DNA of 64,000 nt from an uncultured delta proteobacterium (GTDB lineage Bacteria; Myxococcota; Myxococcia; SLRQ01): contig CAVSGM010000002.1 of the NCBI GenBank assembly GCA_963727485.1, forward strand, positions 1,632,001 to 1,696,000. Reading direction: 5' to 3'. The position numbers and the translations under genes were made by a program. The notes beneath the pieces were generated by a model, which ran no database searches, was not told where the DNA came from, and saw nothing but the letters and a program-made list of their open reading frames with translations. This document shows positions 1 to 10,854 of this stretch, piece after piece (the stretch's first letter is position 1; the number at the start of each line of letters is the position of its first letter).

Positions 1-15
1 GCTCTGGCGACGCGC

Positions 16-783
16 TCACCCCTGACCGGAGGCGAGGGTCCCCGGGTCGAGCCACTCCATCTCAGGAACGTGCGCCGTGCCGGCGTCCGCGCCGGGGCGG
101 CGCCACGCCACCGCGAGCCGGTGCCGCGTGGTCGGGCTCGCCAGCTCGAAGCGCCACCCCGCGGGCACGTCCCCGGCGGCCTCGGTCATGGTGATCCCGA
201 TGGGCCCGGACCCGGTGACGTCGAAGGCGAAGCTGCGCAGGGGGATCGCCAGCCCCAGGCCCCGCGCCTTGATGTAGCTCTCCTTGAGGCACCAGTAGTC
301 GAAGAACCGCGCGCGCTGTGCCTCGGACGGAAGCGACCGCAGCTCGGCGACCTCGGCCGGTGCGAAGAACCGGCCGGCGATCTCGGTGGTCCGGCCCCGG
401 CGCCAGGTGTCCTCGACGTCGAGTCCCACCTCCAGGCCGGTGGCCACCACGCAGGCGATGAGCCCGAAGGTGTGGGCGAGGTTGAAGCGCAGGTCGAGGT
501 CGGTGAGGCCCGGGGCGAGCTCGGGGCGGCCCTTCTCGCCGAGGACGAAGCGCCACTCGGCGGGCCCAGGCACTTCGGACGCACCCGGCTCGGCGGCCGC
601 TGCCGCCCGGGAGAGCAGGGTCCGGATCAGCGCTCGGCCGAGGAGGTACTCGTGCCGCCGGCGCGGGTGGCGCATCCGGTCGAGGCGCGCCGCCTCGTCG
701 GGCGAGAGCAGGGGACGGAAGCGCTCGGCGTCGGCGACGTCGGCGGGGTCCAGCAGGGTGACTTGGAGGCGGGGTGGGCCCAC
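16..783 (-). CDS. Sfp-type 4'-phosphopantetheinyl transferase
   Basis: Motifs GRPEL, FNLAHT, VGLDVE, WCLKESYIKARGLGL. GTG at 783 follows a TAGACT -10 by 7 nt. Next to the PKS. Confidence 0.9.
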   Translation of the reverse strand: MGPPRLQVTLLDPADVADAERFRPLLSPDEAARLDRMRHPRRRHEYLLGRALIRTLLSRAAAAAEPGASEVPGPAEWRFVLGEKGRPELAPGLTDLDLRFNLAHTFGLIACVVATGLEVGLDVEDTWRRGRTTEIAGRFFAPAEVAELRSLPSEAQRARFFDYWCLKESYIKARGLGLAIPLRSFAFDVTGSGPIGITMTEAAGDVPAGWRFELASPTTRHRLAVAWRRPGADAGTAHVPEMEWLDPGTLASGQG

Positions 784-833
784 GGCCGAGAGTCTAGCGC
801 GTGACCGGGGCGGGTTCCCGGTATGCTGGGGGG

Positions 834-1982
834 ATGAACCCCACTCACCTACCGTCCCGTCCGCTGGCCCTCCTCGGGGCCGCAGGTCTGCTCGCCCTCG
901 GCGCGTGCACCGCCACTCCCAAGGCGACGCCGCCACCGAGCGGATCGGTGACCGCCGGCACCATCGCCGCGGGCGCGGTCACCGAGGCCAAGCTCGCCGA
1001 CGGGGCCGTGAGCACCGCCAAGCTCGCCGACGGCGCGGTCACCGAGGCCAAGCTCGCCGACGGCGCCGTGAGCACCGCCAAGCTCGCCGACGGCGCGGTC
1101 ACCGCCGCCAAGCTCGCCCCGGACGCGGCGGTCACCCATCTGGACGGCCTCACCGGCGACGTGTCCCTCGCCGGCAGCGGCGGGATCTCGGTCACCGACG
1201 GCAGCGGCCAGATCACCGTGGGCCTCACCCGCCCCCTCGACGCCGACAGCGTCGGGGGCGTGGCGCCTGCGAGCCTCGCCCGGCGCGACCCCCACGTGCT
1301 CACCGTCGCCACCACCGCCGGCGCCGCCCAGTTCACCTCGATCCAGGCGGCCCTCGACAGCATCACCGACAACGCCACCACGAGCTACCTCGTCCGGGTG
1401 GGCCCGGGCGTCTACGGCGAGCGGGTCACCATGAAGCAGAACGTGGACATCGTGGGGGCCGGCGAGGACGTCACCCTGATCACCGCCGGGGGCGCGAGCG
1501 CGGCGAGCGACGCCACGGTCACCGGCGCCCCGGACGCCGAGCTCCGGGACCTCACGGTGGAGAACACGGGCGGCGGCGGCAACCACGCCACCGCCTTCGC
1601 CGTGACCTCGACCGCCTCCCGCCTCCGCCACGTGCGGCTGCTCTCGGAGAACGCGCTGTTCAACGGCTACGGCATCTACGCCTCGGGCAACGGCGCGACC
1701 GTGGACGCCCGGGACGTCGACGTGACCATCTCCGCCGCGGGCAGCCGGGCCTACGGGCTCTACGCGGACGCCGGCGGCCGGATCACCTGCCGGGCCTGCC
1801 GCATCCACGCCCCCAGCGGCAGCGGCGCCACCTCCAACGACGCGGTCTTCGACGGCGGCGGCGGCACGCTCATGCTCGCCGGCTCCCTCGTCGACGGGCC
1901 CGCGTCGGGGACCTCGAGCTCGGTGGTCTGCGTCGGCAGCTACAACACGAGCTTCGCGGCGGTGGGCAGCAGCTGCAACTGA
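834..1982 (+). CDS. Lipoprotein with AKLADGAV repeats and a pectin-lyase-like beta-helix region
   Basis: Lipobox LGAC; 10-aa repeats; FTSIQAALD...VRVGPGVY..E.V.MK start typical of right-handed beta-helix proteins. Confidence 0.7.
   Translation: MNPTHLPSRPLALLGAAGLLALGACTATPKATPPPSGSVTAGTIAAGAVTEAKLADGAVSTAKLADGAVTEAKLADGAVSTAKLADGAVTAAKLAPDAAVTHLDGLTGDVSLAGSGGISVTDGSGQITVGLTRPLDADSVGGVAPASLARRDPHVLTVATTAGAAQFTSIQAALDSITDNATTSYLVRVGPGVYGERVTMKQNVDIVGAGEDVTLITAGGASAASDATVTGAPDAELRDLTVENTGGGGNHATAFAVTSTASRLRHVRLLSENALFNGYGIYASGNGATVDARDVDVTISAAGSRAYGLYADAGGRITCRACRIHAPSGSGATSNDAVFDGGGGTLMLAGSLVDGPASGTSSSVVCVGSYNTSFAAVGSSCN
972..1118 (+). repeat. About 5 x 30-bp in-frame tandem repeat (GAV(T/S)(E/T)AKLAD)
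   Basis: gccaagctcgccgacggcgc recurs every 30 nt. Confidence 0.9.
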
Positions 1983-2045
1983 CCGGCGTCGCCTCGGGCG
2001 GCGCCTGGCGCGGCGGGCGGCGCCAGTTCCCCGGCGCCCGCCCCG

Positions 2046-5000
2046 CTACCCGGGCATCTCCTCGCGCACCTCGGCGAGGAGGCGCGCCGTCTTCTCTGCC
2101 GTCTCCACCAGCTGCTGCTCCGAGTGGGTCGAGGCCAGGAAGAAGCGCAGCCTGGCTGCGTGGTCCGCCACCGCCGGGTACATGATCGGCTGGACGTTCA
2201 CCCCCGCGGCGAGGAGGCGCTGGGAGAGCATCAGGGCGTGCATGGAGTTGCCGGTGATCGCCGGGACCACCCCGCTCTCGCCCCTGGCCGGCCCGGTGTC
2301 CACGCCCCGCTCGACGAGCGCCTGGTGGAACACCCGGGCGTTGTGCTGCAGCTTCGCCACCCGCTCGGGCTCGGCGAGCATGTACTTGAGCGCCGAGAGG
2401 GCGGCCTGGCCGTTGGCCGGGGTGATGCCCGCGGAGAAGATGAACCCCGGCGCCGAGTAGCGCAGGTACTGGATGAGCTGCTTGGAGCCCGCGAGCCACC
2501 CGCCGCAGGAGGCCAGGCTCTTGGACAGGGTGCCCATCCAGATGTCCACCTCGTCGCCGTTCAGCCCGAAGTGCTCGCGCACGCCCTGGCCGGTCTTCCC
2601 CACCACCCCGAAGGAGTGGGCCTCGTCGACCATCAGCAGGCAGCCCCACTTCTCCTTGAGGCGCACGTACTCCGGGAGCGCGCAGATGTCGCCGTCCATG
2701 GAGTACACGCCCTCGACCACGATCAGCACCTTCTGGTGGTGGCGCCGCAGGGCCTGGAGCTGGTGCTCGAGGTGGGCCGGGTCGTCGTGGCGGAAGCCGT
2801 GGCGCGCCGAGCCGGCGAGCTTCACCCCCTGGAGGATCGAGTCGTGGATCAGCTCGTCGTGGAGCACCAGGTCGTCGGGCCCGAACAGGTGCCCGATGGC
2901 GTTGACGTTGGTGGCGTGGCCGGCGGTGAACACCAGCGCGTCCCCGGCGCCCTGGGCCTTGGCCAGCCCCGCCTCCAGCTCGCCGTGGAAGGGCCGCTCG
3001 CCGCTGGCCAGGCGCGAGGCCGACACCGAGGTGCCGTAGCGCTCCAGGGCGCCGGTGACCTCCGCGAGGATCCGCGGGTCGCCGGAGAGGCCGAGGTAGT
3101 TGTAGCTGGAGAAGTTCACCAGCTCCCGGCCCTCGACCACCGAGGTGTCCCGGGCGGTCCCCTGGTGGACCGCGAAGTAGGGGTTCTCCACGCCGGCGGC
3201 CTTGGCCATCCCCAGGCGCAGCTCCAGGTCCTTGACGCCCTTCCACTGGCCGGGGTCGATCCACTCCTTCTTCACCTCGAAGGGCCCGTCGTCGACCTCG
3301 CCGGCCTCGACCTCCCGGAGCTGGGCGACCACGTCCTCGGCGACGGCCAGCAGCGTGCCCTCGGCGTCGCGGATCCACAGGGTGCCGGTGAACCGGTCGC
3401 CCTCGGCGGGGCCGAAGGTGACCTCGGCCAGAAGCTCGCCCGCGGGGAAGGCGGCGAGCTGGCGGTAGCGGCCGATGGCCACCGGGGTCCCGGCGCGCTT
3501 CCACCTCGTCCAGGCCACGTAGGCCGACAGCTGCATCGCCGAGTCGATGACCAGGGGGTCCACCGTCCACCGGTCGCGCGGGCTCCCGGGGATCCAGGCG
3601 CCGGGGGTGCTGGTGCGGACCCGGCCCCGGACGAAGTCGTCACCGACCCCGTCGATGGCCACGATGCCCTGGAGCCTCGGCCCGTGGAAGGTGACCCCAC
3701 CGTAGAACCGCGAGAGGGGCAGGGTGGGCGCGGCGCCGCCCTCCCGCGGCCCCGGATCCTCGGGGACGTCGGTGAGCGGCCGCACCTGGGCGCGGTAGGC
3801 GAGGCTCCGGTTGCGACCGAGCTTGAGCTCGGCGGTCTCGCCGTGGACCTCGGTCACCAGGCGCACCGGGCTGTTCACCGTCACGCCCTGGAAGAGGCGC
3901 AGGTCGTCGACCTCGAAGCGCTCCGTGGTGGCCGCCACCTCGGCGAGACGGTCGAGGGCCGCGGCCAGCGGCAGCACCGGGGTCCCCTCGATGGCGTGGT
4001 CCAGCAGGTAGGGGTGGGTCTCGGTGGAGAGGGTCTCCTCGAGCTGCAGGCCCCGGAGGATCGCCGGGACCCGCCGGGCATGGAGGCGCACCCCGGTGGC
4101 CGAGAGGTCGCCGAGGAGGGCCTCCATCGCCACGTCGGCCGTGGCGAAGGGCGCGCCCTCCGCGCGCATCGCCTGCTGCACCGCGCCGGGGATGGTGTCG
4201 ACCATGGCGGTGCCGGTGACCGGACCGAGCTCGGCGACCGCGGCGGCGATGGCCTCGGGGAAGGCGCCGACCACCGCCGACATCCCGGCGCTCCCGGCGG
4301 CGTAGTGGAACTGCTGGCGGTTGCCGAGGCGGCCGGCCACCGAGCCCAGGGCCAGCACCCGCCGCACCGTGGGGCCGGCGGCGGCGACGGCGTTGAGCAG
4401 GCCCGAGATCTTCACCTGGCGGGCGAGGCGGCCCCGCTCGGGGTCCACCTCGGCCACCTTGCCGTCGGCGAGGACGCCGGCGGCGTGGACCACCGTGGTC
4501 ACCGCCCGGTGGGTCTCGGGGAGCGTGGCCAGGGCCGCGGCGAGGGCGTCGCGACAGGTGACGTCGGCGGCGAGGGCGACCAGGCGCCCGTCGCTGCCGG
4601 CGATGGCCTCGGCGAGCCCGCCCTCCGGGGCCCCTCGGCCGAGCACCACCACCCGGGCGCCGGCCCCCTCGAGGCGCCGGGCGAGGGCGGCACCCAGGCC
4701 CCGGGTGCCCCCGGTGACCAGGACCACCTCGTCGTCGCCCGGGGCGAAGGCCGCGGCGTCGTCGGCCGTGCCCGCGGCATCGGCCGCGCCCAGGGCGGTC
4801 TCGAGGCCCATCACCTCGCGGCCGGCCGACGAGAGGCGCACGTCGGTGGAGACGTCGGCGCTGCGCCACTCGGCGAGCAGCGCCTCGACGCGGACCTCGG
4901 CGGCGGTCCCGGCGGGGAAGCGGACCGCCTTGGCCACGGCCACGTTCGGTTCGTGGGTGAGCGACCGGGCGGCGCCGGCGAGGGCCTCGGCCCAGGGGTC

Positions 5001-7145
5001 GCCGTCGGTGAGGGCCACCACCAGCTCGTAGGGGGCGTCGCCGAGGTCGCGGAGCGCCGGCACCAGGGCCTCGAGATCGTCGGGGGCCGCCTGCTCCCCG
5101 GCGAGGACCGCGCCCACGGTCGGGCGGGGGCCGGCGGCGGCGCAGAAGACCACCAGGTCCGCGGGCCTGTCCCCGGCGGGGCGGCCCCCCTCGGCCTCGA
5201 GGCGGGAGGCGACCGCGGCCACCAGCTCGGCGTCGGGGCCCAGGACCTGGTAGCGCGGCCGGCTCTTCACCGGCCGGGTGTCCCCGGAGAGCGGCAGGGC
5301 CCGCCACACCGGGCGGAACGCCGAGAGCGGCGCGTCGTCGTCGTCGGTGGCGGCGCCCTCGCCCGCGTGGTCCCGGACGTAGTCCACCAGGACCTGCACC
5401 GTGGGCTGGTCGACGAAGAGCTCCTGGGGGATCCCCGGGAGGCCGGGGACCGCGTCGGCGAGGGCCTCGACCAGGTCGTTGACCATCAGGGAGTCGAAGC
5501 CGAGATTGTCGACCAGGCGCATCTCCGGACGGATGGCGCTTGGGGGGTAGGCCGAGGCCTTGGCCACCGCGGCGATGACGATGCCGGTCGGGTCGTCGTC
5601 ACCGGCCTCGGTCGTCGCCTCGGACCCACCGCCGGTCGCCTCGGAAACGCCGGCGGTCGCCGGCGCGCCCGTGGCGGCCCCGGGGGACGCCGCTGCGTCC
5701 GCGGCTCCCGGGTCCACCCGCCGCCCCGCCCCGGCCCCGCCGAGGTCGAGGGCCGGCTGGGGCGTGTCCTTGATCGCCCAGTACACCTCCCGGGGCAGCA
5801 CCGTGGGCGGCAAGAGCGCCGCCCGCGCCGCCTCGGCGGTGACCGGGTCGAGGTCGAGGTCGACCCCGAGGACGAAGAGCTGGCCGAGGCCCTCGAGGAG
5901 GCTGCGGCCCCCGTCGCCGTCGTCGGTGCCTGCCAGCGGCACGATGGGCGTCCCCTTGGGCAGGGCGCCCCGGGCGAAGGCGGCCAGGGGCCCCCCGGCG
6001 CCCACCTGGACGAAGACCTCGGCGCCGGCCTCGCGGCAGGCCTCGAGGGCGCGGGTGAAGACCACCGGCGAGGTGGCGTGGCGCAGGAACACCGAGCGCG
6101 CGGCGTCGGCGGAGGCGTAGGGCGCAGGGTCGATCCCCGAGGCCACCGTCCGCTTCGGATCGTGGAAGCTCACCCCGGCGAGGAGCGCCTCGGCGTCGAG
6201 GGCCGCGAGGACCGGGGAGTGGAAGGCGTGGCTCACCTCGAGGCTCACCGCCTTCACGCCGGCGGCCTCGGCCCGGGCGATCACCTGGTCCACCGCCTCG
6301 GTGGTCCCGCTGACCACCACCTGCCGCGGGTGGTCGAAGTTGGCGATGACCGCCCCCGGGACCAGGAGCTCCCGGGCGGCGTCGGCGCCGGTCATCACCG
6401 CGCACATCGCCCCGTGGTCCCCGGGCAGCTCGGCCATGGCCCGGCCTCGCCGGGCGACGAAGCGCGCGGCGTCGGCGGGGCTCACCACCCCGCCCGCGGC
6501 GGCGGCGGTGAACTCGCCCAGGGAGTGGCCGGTGACCACCGCCGGCTCCACGCCCACCTCCTCGAGGAGGCGGGTGAGGGCGAGGCCCACCGAGAGCAGC
6601 GCCGGCTGGGCGTGCTCGGTGGCGGTGAGCTCCCGGCGGGCGGTGTCGGCGTCGACGGCCTGGGCCCGGCGCTCGGGGTAGAGGAGGTGGGTGAGGGGGA
6701 AGGCGAGCTCGCCGTCGAGGAGGCGCTCCATCTCCTCGAGGCTCCGGGCCACCACCGGGAACCGGTCGCGGATCCCGGCGACCATCCCCGGGCGCTGGCT
6801 GCCCTGCCCCGGGTAGAGGAAGGCGAGCTTCGGCGCGGTCTCGGGGGCGAGGCCGAGGCGGACCCCGGTGGGCAGCTCGCCCGCGCCGACCTCGGCCAGC
6901 CGGGTGACGAGGCCCTCGACGGTGGCGGCGACCACCGCCAGGCGCGCGGGCTGGCGGCGGCGCCGGTTGAGGGCGCGGGCCACCGCGGCGACGGACGCCG
7001 GGGGGCTCTGGCGCAGGGCCCGGGCCATCCGGGCGGCCAGGTCGCGGAGGGCCGCCTCGTCGGGGGCGGAGAGGAGCACCAGCTCGGGGGCGGGCCCGGC
7101 GGCGGGCGCCTCGGCCTCGGGGGCGGCGTCGGGGACCGGCGTCAC
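2046..7145 (-). CDS. Type I PKS, C-terminal part: AT-ACP-KR-DH-alpha-oxoamine synthase (AONS/SPT-like)
   Basis: AT: GQGSQ, GHSLGE, HAFHS (malonyl-type). ACP: LGFDSL. KR: VTGGTRGLG, YAAG. DH: YLLDHAIEGTPVLP, DSAMQ. PLP domain: NFSSYNYLGL, DEAHS, GTLSKS. Confidence 0.9.
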   Translation of the reverse strand: MTPVPDAAPEAEAPAAGPAPELVLLSAPDEAALRDLAARMARALRQSPPASVAAVARALNRRRRQPARLAVVAATVEGLVTRLAEVGAGELPTGVRLGLAPETAPKLAFLYPGQGSQRPGMVAGIRDRFPVVARSLEEMERLLDGELAFPLTHLLYPERRAQAVDADTARRELTATEHAQPALLSVGLALTRLLEEVGVEPAVVTGHSLGEFTAAAAGGVVSPADAARFVARRGRAMAELPGDHGAMCAVMTGADAARELLVPGAVIANFDHPRQVVVSGTTEAVDQVIARAEAAGVKAVSLEVSHAFHSPVLAALDAEALLAGVSFHDPKRTVASGIDPAPYASADAARSVFLRHATSPVVFTRALEACREAGAEVFVQVGAGGPLAAFARGALPKGTPIVPLAGTDDGDGGRSLLEGLGQLFVLGVDLDLDPVTAEAARAALLPPTVLPREVYWAIKDTPQPALDLGGAGAGRRVDPGAADAAASPGAATGAPATAGVSEATGGGSEATTEAGDDDPTGIVIAAVAKASAYPPSAIRPEMRLVDNLGFDSLMVNDLVEALADAVPGLPGIPQELFVDQPTVQVLVDYVRDHAGEGAATDDDDAPLSAFRPVWRALPLSGDTRPVKSRPRYQVLGPDAELVAAVASRLEAEGGRPAGDRPADLVVFCAAAGPRPTVGAVLAGEQAAPDDLEALVPALRDLGDAPYELVVALTDGDPWAEALAGAARSLTHEPNVAVAKAVRFPAGTAAEVRVEALLAEWRSADVSTDVRLSSAGREVMGLETALGAADAAGTADDAAAFAPGDDEVVLVTGGTRGLGAALARRLEGAGARVVVLGRGAPEGGLAEAIAGSDGRLVALAADVTCRDALAAALATLPETHRAVTTVVHAAGVLADGKVAEVDPERGRLARQVKISGLLNAVAAAGPTVRRVLALGSVAGRLGNRQQFHYAAGSAGMSAVVGAFPEAIAAAVAELGPVTGTAMVDTIPGAVQQAMRAEGAPFATADVAMEALLGDLSATGVRLHARRVPAILRGLQLEETLSTETHPYLLDHAIEGTPVLPLAAALDRLAEVAATTERFEVDDLRLFQGVTVNSPVRLVTEVHGETAELKLGRNRSLAYRAQVRPLTDVPEDPGPREGGAAPTLPLSRFYGGVTFHGPRLQGIVAIDGVGDDFVRGRVRTSTPGAWIPGSPRDRWTVDPLVIDSAMQLSAYVAWTRWKRAGTPVAIGRYRQLAAFPAGELLAEVTFGPAEGDRFTGTLWIRDAEGTLLAVAEDVVAQLREVEAGEVDDGPFEVKKEWIDPGQWKGVKDLELRLGMAKAAGVENPYFAVHQGTARDTSVVEGRELVNFSSYNYLGLSGDPRILAEVTGALERYGTSVSASRLASGERPFHGELEAGLAKAQGAGDALVFTAGHATNVNAIGHLFGPDDLVLHDELIHDSILQGVKLAGSARHGFRHDDPAHLEHQLQALRRHHQKVLIVVEGVYSMDGDICALPEYVRLKEKWGCLLMVDEAHSFGVVGKTGQGVREHFGLNGDEVDIWMGTLSKSLASCGGWLAGSKQLIQYLRYSAPGFIFSAGITPANGQAALSALKYMLAEPERVAKLQHNARVFHQALVERGVDTGPARGESGVVPAITGNSMHALMLSQRLLAAGVNVQPIMYPAVADHAARLRFFLASTHSEQQLVETAEKTARLLAEVREEMPG

Positions 7146-8800
7146 CGGCGGCGCCTCGACCTCACCTCGCCCACCTCGGCGAGCCCAGCCGCCTCGCGCT
7201 CGCCCCGGGCCCGGGCCAGCACCTTGCGGGCCGCGCCGGTGACCGTGGCCACCGGGTTCTCGGTCATCGCCCGGGCGGTCTTCCGGGCCACCGCCCGCAG
7301 CTCGTCGAGGTCCCGGACGGGCATCTCGGGGGTGAGCCGCTGCCACAGGCGCGGTGCGCGGACGTCGTCGAGGCCGTGGCCGTGGGTCCCGTGGCCGTTG
7401 ACCGCGTGGCCGTTGGTCCCGGCCACCGTCCGCAGGCTCGGCCGCCGCCCCGGTCCCCTCGAGAGGACGAGGTGGGCGTTGGTGCCCCCGAAGCCAAACG
7501 AGCTCACCGCCGCCACCCGCTCGTCGGTCTCCCAGGCCTCGGCGACGGTGGGGAAGCGGAACGGCGTCTCGTCGAGGGCGAGGTCGTCCCGGGGCTTCTC
7601 GAAGCCGGCCATCGGCGGCAGGCGCCCCTGGTGGACCGCGAGCGCGGCGCGGATGAGGCCGGCGACCCCCGCGGCGGACATGGTGTGGCCGACGTTGGCC
7701 TTGGAGGAGCCGAGGACCACGTCGTTCACCGCCGGCCCGATGGAGCGCATCAGCCCCCGGATCTCGGTGGGGTCGCCCACGGAGGTGCCGGTGCCGTGGG
7801 TCTCCAGGTAGCCGAGCTTCCCCGGGTCGATCCCGGCGTCGCGCCAGGCGTCCTCGATGGCCCCGGCCTGGCCGGCCTCCAGCGGCGCCATGGGCCCGTC
7901 GCCCCGGCCGTCGTTGTTGGTGCCCACGCCCTCGATCACCGCGTAGATCCGGTCGCCGTCGCGGACGGCGTCGTCGTAGCGCTTGAGGAGCACGATGCCC
8001 GCGCCGTCGCCCTCGACGAAGCCGTCGGCCCGGTGGTCGAAGGGCCGGCAGTGCCCGGAGTGGCTCATGGCGCCGATGCGCGAGAACACGATGTGGTGCT
8101 CGGGGGTCAGCGAGAGGTAGACCCCGCCGGCGAGCGCCGCGTCGATGTTCCCGGCGCGCAGGTGCTGCACCGCCTCGTCCACCGCCACCAGGGCCGAGGC
8201 GCAGGCGGCGTCGACGGTGAACGCGGGCCCGTGGAGGTCGAGCTCCTGGGCCACCGCCGAGGCGACCATGTTCCCCAAGACGCCCGGCGCCGACAGCGGC
8301 CTGGGCGGCACCACCCGCTCCACCGCCCGGGCGATCACCGAGGGATCCGCCGGGGCCTCGCCGAAGGCCCCGGTGGCCATCATCGCCGCGATCACCCGGC
8401 TGGTGAGCAGGGACCGGTACTCGAGGCCGGTGACCCCCATGAACACCCCGGTGCGCCGCGGCGCCTTTGCGGCGGTGAGCCCCGCGTCCTCGAGGGCCTC
8501 GAGGGCCATCTCCAGGGCGAAGCGCTGCTGGGGGTCCATGACCTCCACCCGCCGCGGGGGGATCGAGAGGGCCAGGGCCGGGAACGAGCGGACGTCGGCG
8601 ATGAAGCCGCCGGCGGGGGCGTAGCTCTTGTCGGGGATCCGGGGGTTGGCGTCGAGGAAGGCCTCGGCGCGCCACCGGTCCTTCGGCACCGGTCCGAAGC
8701 CATCGCGGGCGGAGAGGGTCATCTCCCAGTAGGACGGAAGGTCCCGGGCGCCGGCGAAGCGGGCGCCCATCCCCACGATGGCGATGGCTCGGTTGGACAT
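7142..8800 (-). CDS. Type I PKS ketosynthase (probably one gene with 2046-7145 via a frameshift near 7160)
   Basis: IAIVGMGARF, MDPQQR, DAACAS (catalytic Cys), ETHGTGT, KANVGHT, SSFGFGGTNAH. Confidence 0.9.
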   Translation of the reverse strand: MSNRAIAIVGMGARFAGARDLPSYWEMTLSARDGFGPVPKDRWRAEAFLDANPRIPDKSYAPAGGFIADVRSFPALALSIPPRRVEVMDPQQRFALEMALEALEDAGLTAAKAPRRTGVFMGVTGLEYRSLLTSRVIAAMMATGAFGEAPADPSVIARAVERVVPPRPLSAPGVLGNMVASAVAQELDLHGPAFTVDAACASALVAVDEAVQHLRAGNIDAALAGGVYLSLTPEHHIVFSRIGAMSHSGHCRPFDHRADGFVEGDGAGIVLLKRYDDAVRDGDRIYAVIEGVGTNNDGRGDGPMAPLEAGQAGAIEDAWRDAGIDPGKLGYLETHGTGTSVGDPTEIRGLMRSIGPAVNDVVLGSSKANVGHTMSAAGVAGLIRAALAVHQGRLPPMAGFEKPRDDLALDETPFRFPTVAEAWETDERVAAVSSFGFGGTNAHLVLSRGPGRRPSLRTVAGTNGHAVNGHGTHGHGLDDVRAPRLWQRLTPEMPVRDLDELRAVARKTARAMTENPVATVTGAARKVLARARGEREAAGLAEVGEVRSRRRR

Positions 8801-8807
8801 GGCGGGC

Positions 8808-10578
8808 TCAGCTCCGGGCGGCGGTCTTGGCGCGGGTCCACAGGGAGCGCGCCATGTGCTTGGCGAGGGTTACCCGGCTGCCCGCCGCGCCGGGGTTCCG
8901 GGAGCCCTCGGAGCCGAGGGAGCCGGTGAGGTACTGCTGCCGGGTCTTGCGCCGCTGCAGCTTTCCCGAGCTGGTCTTGGGCAGCGCCCCCGGCGAAAGA
9001 CAGACGACGTCGGCCACCACCACCGACAACGCCTCGTGGACCTTGCGCTTGACCGCCTCCACCAGGGCGTCGGTGTCCGTCTCCCGGGTCTCGAGGACCA
9101 CCACCAGCTCCTCGCTCTGCTCCCCGGGGCGGGAGCAGGCCACGACGTTGCCCTTGCGCACGCCGTCGACCTCGCCGACCTCCCACTCGATGCTCTGGGG
9201 GTGGAGGTTCTTGCCGTTGAGGATGATGAGGTCCTTGATCCGGCCGGTGACGTAGACCTCGCCGTCCTTCAGGTAGCCGAGGTCGCCGGTGTGGAGCCAC
9301 CCGTCCCGGAAGCTCTGGCGCGTGGCCTCCTCGTTCTCGAAGTAGCCCGGCGTCACCGACGGCCCCTTGAGGCACAGCTCGCCCTCGCGGCCCTCGGGGA
9401 GACGGTTGCCCTGCTCGTCGAAGACGGCGACCTCATGGCCCGGGAAGGTCGTCCCGCAGCTCACGTGCTCCAGCACGAAGGTGTCCTCGCCCTCGGGCTC
9501 GACCACCTCGCCCCGGTCCTGGAAGGCGTCGGCGTCGACCAGGCGGGTGCGCAGCTCCTGGTCGATGGGCTTGAGGCTGATGGCCAGCGTCGCCTCGGCC
9601 ATGCCATAGGCGGAGAGCACCGCGTTCTTGGGGAGCCCGCAGTGCTCGTGGAAGGTGCGGGTGAAGGTGCGGATGGTCTCGGGGTGGATGGGCTCGGCGC
9701 CGCAGCCGAGGATCTCGATGCAGGACAGGTCCCAGTCGGCGAGCTGCTTGTCGGTCGCCTTCCGGGCGGCGAGGGCGTAGGCGAAGTTCGGGGCGAAGGA
9801 GATCGTCCCCCGGACCTCGTGCATGGTCTGGAGCCAGCTGTTCGGCCGCTTGAGGAAGCGCAGGGTGGGGATGAAGGTGGTGTCCAGGCCGAAGAAGGTC
9901 GGGGCGATGACGAAGCCGATGAGCCCCATGTCGTGGTAGAGGGGCAGCCAGCCCACCGCCCGGGTGATCCTTGGCGTCGAGCTTCAGGCCGTCGTGGACG
10001 ATCCCGTAGGTGTTCGCGTAGAGCGAGGCGTGGGTGACCATCACGCCCTTGGGATCCGAGGTGGACCCGCTGGTGTACTGGAGGAAGACGAGGTCCTCGG
10101 GGCTGATCGCGGGGATCTTCGGCACGCCGCCTTCGCCGGCGAGGCGCTCGGCGACCACCAGCTTCTCCATCGACGGCACCCGGTCGACCAGGTTCCACAG
10201 GAGGTTCTGGACCCGCTCGGAGGCGACCAGGATCTTCGCCCCGGCGCTGGCGAGGATGCGGGCGGTGCGGCCGGCGTAGGCGTCGAGGCTCCCCAGGGAG
10301 AGCGGCGGGTAGAGGGGCACCGGGACGATGCCCACCCGCACCGCGGCGAGGAAGGTGAGCACGAAGTCCTCGGGCTCGACGATGATCAGGCCGACCCGGT
10401 CGCCCTTGCCGAGGCCCAGGTCCTGGAGGGCGGCGGCGCGGTGGTCCACGGCGTCCCGGACCCGGCCGAAGGGGTAGAAGGACGGCTTCCCCTGGAGGTC
10501 CTGGAAGGTGAAGCCGTTGTCCGGCCAGGCGTCGGCGGTGGCGACGATGGCCTCGGAGAGGGTGGGCGGGCGTGCCAT
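8808..10578 (-). CDS. Fatty acyl-AMP ligase (FAAL), frameshift near 9960
   Basis: LQYTSGSTSDPKGV, WLPLYHDMGLIG, YGMAEATL, TGDLG, PKTSSGKLQR. Confidence 0.9.
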
Positions 10579-10854
10579 GGAGGGGTGCTCCTTGGGAGCC
10601 GCCGGGAGCGGTCGAGGGCGGCGCGGGGCGGCGTCGGCGATCCCGGGGTGAAATTGAAATTCGTCAGACCAATCGGGCCCTTCGGGGACTCGAGGGTCGC
10701 GCTTTGTACCATACGCACCGAGCGGTCGGGAAGCCTGCGGACACCTGCCGGGAGCGCCCGCGAGAGGTCAGACCACAGGCTCCCCGGAACCGGGGATCCC
10801 CGCGTCCTCCGTGCTCAGTTGACTTCGAGAATCTTTCGTCTAGCTTGACCCGCC

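Noticed and set aside
972..1118. Phage tail-fibre gene or prophage
   Set aside because: The repeat resembles fibre repeats, but the protein has a lipobox and there are no phage genes nearby.
7140..7175. Genuinely split KS and AT genes, or programmed frameshift
   Set aside because: A GTGA overlap exists, but one added base restores EVEVEAPP and the RSRRRR tail uses rare codons; an error is more likely.
2124..7811. Very long antisense and alternative-frame ORFs (also 44330-46924)
   Set aside because: Shadow ORFs typical of high-GC coding DNA.
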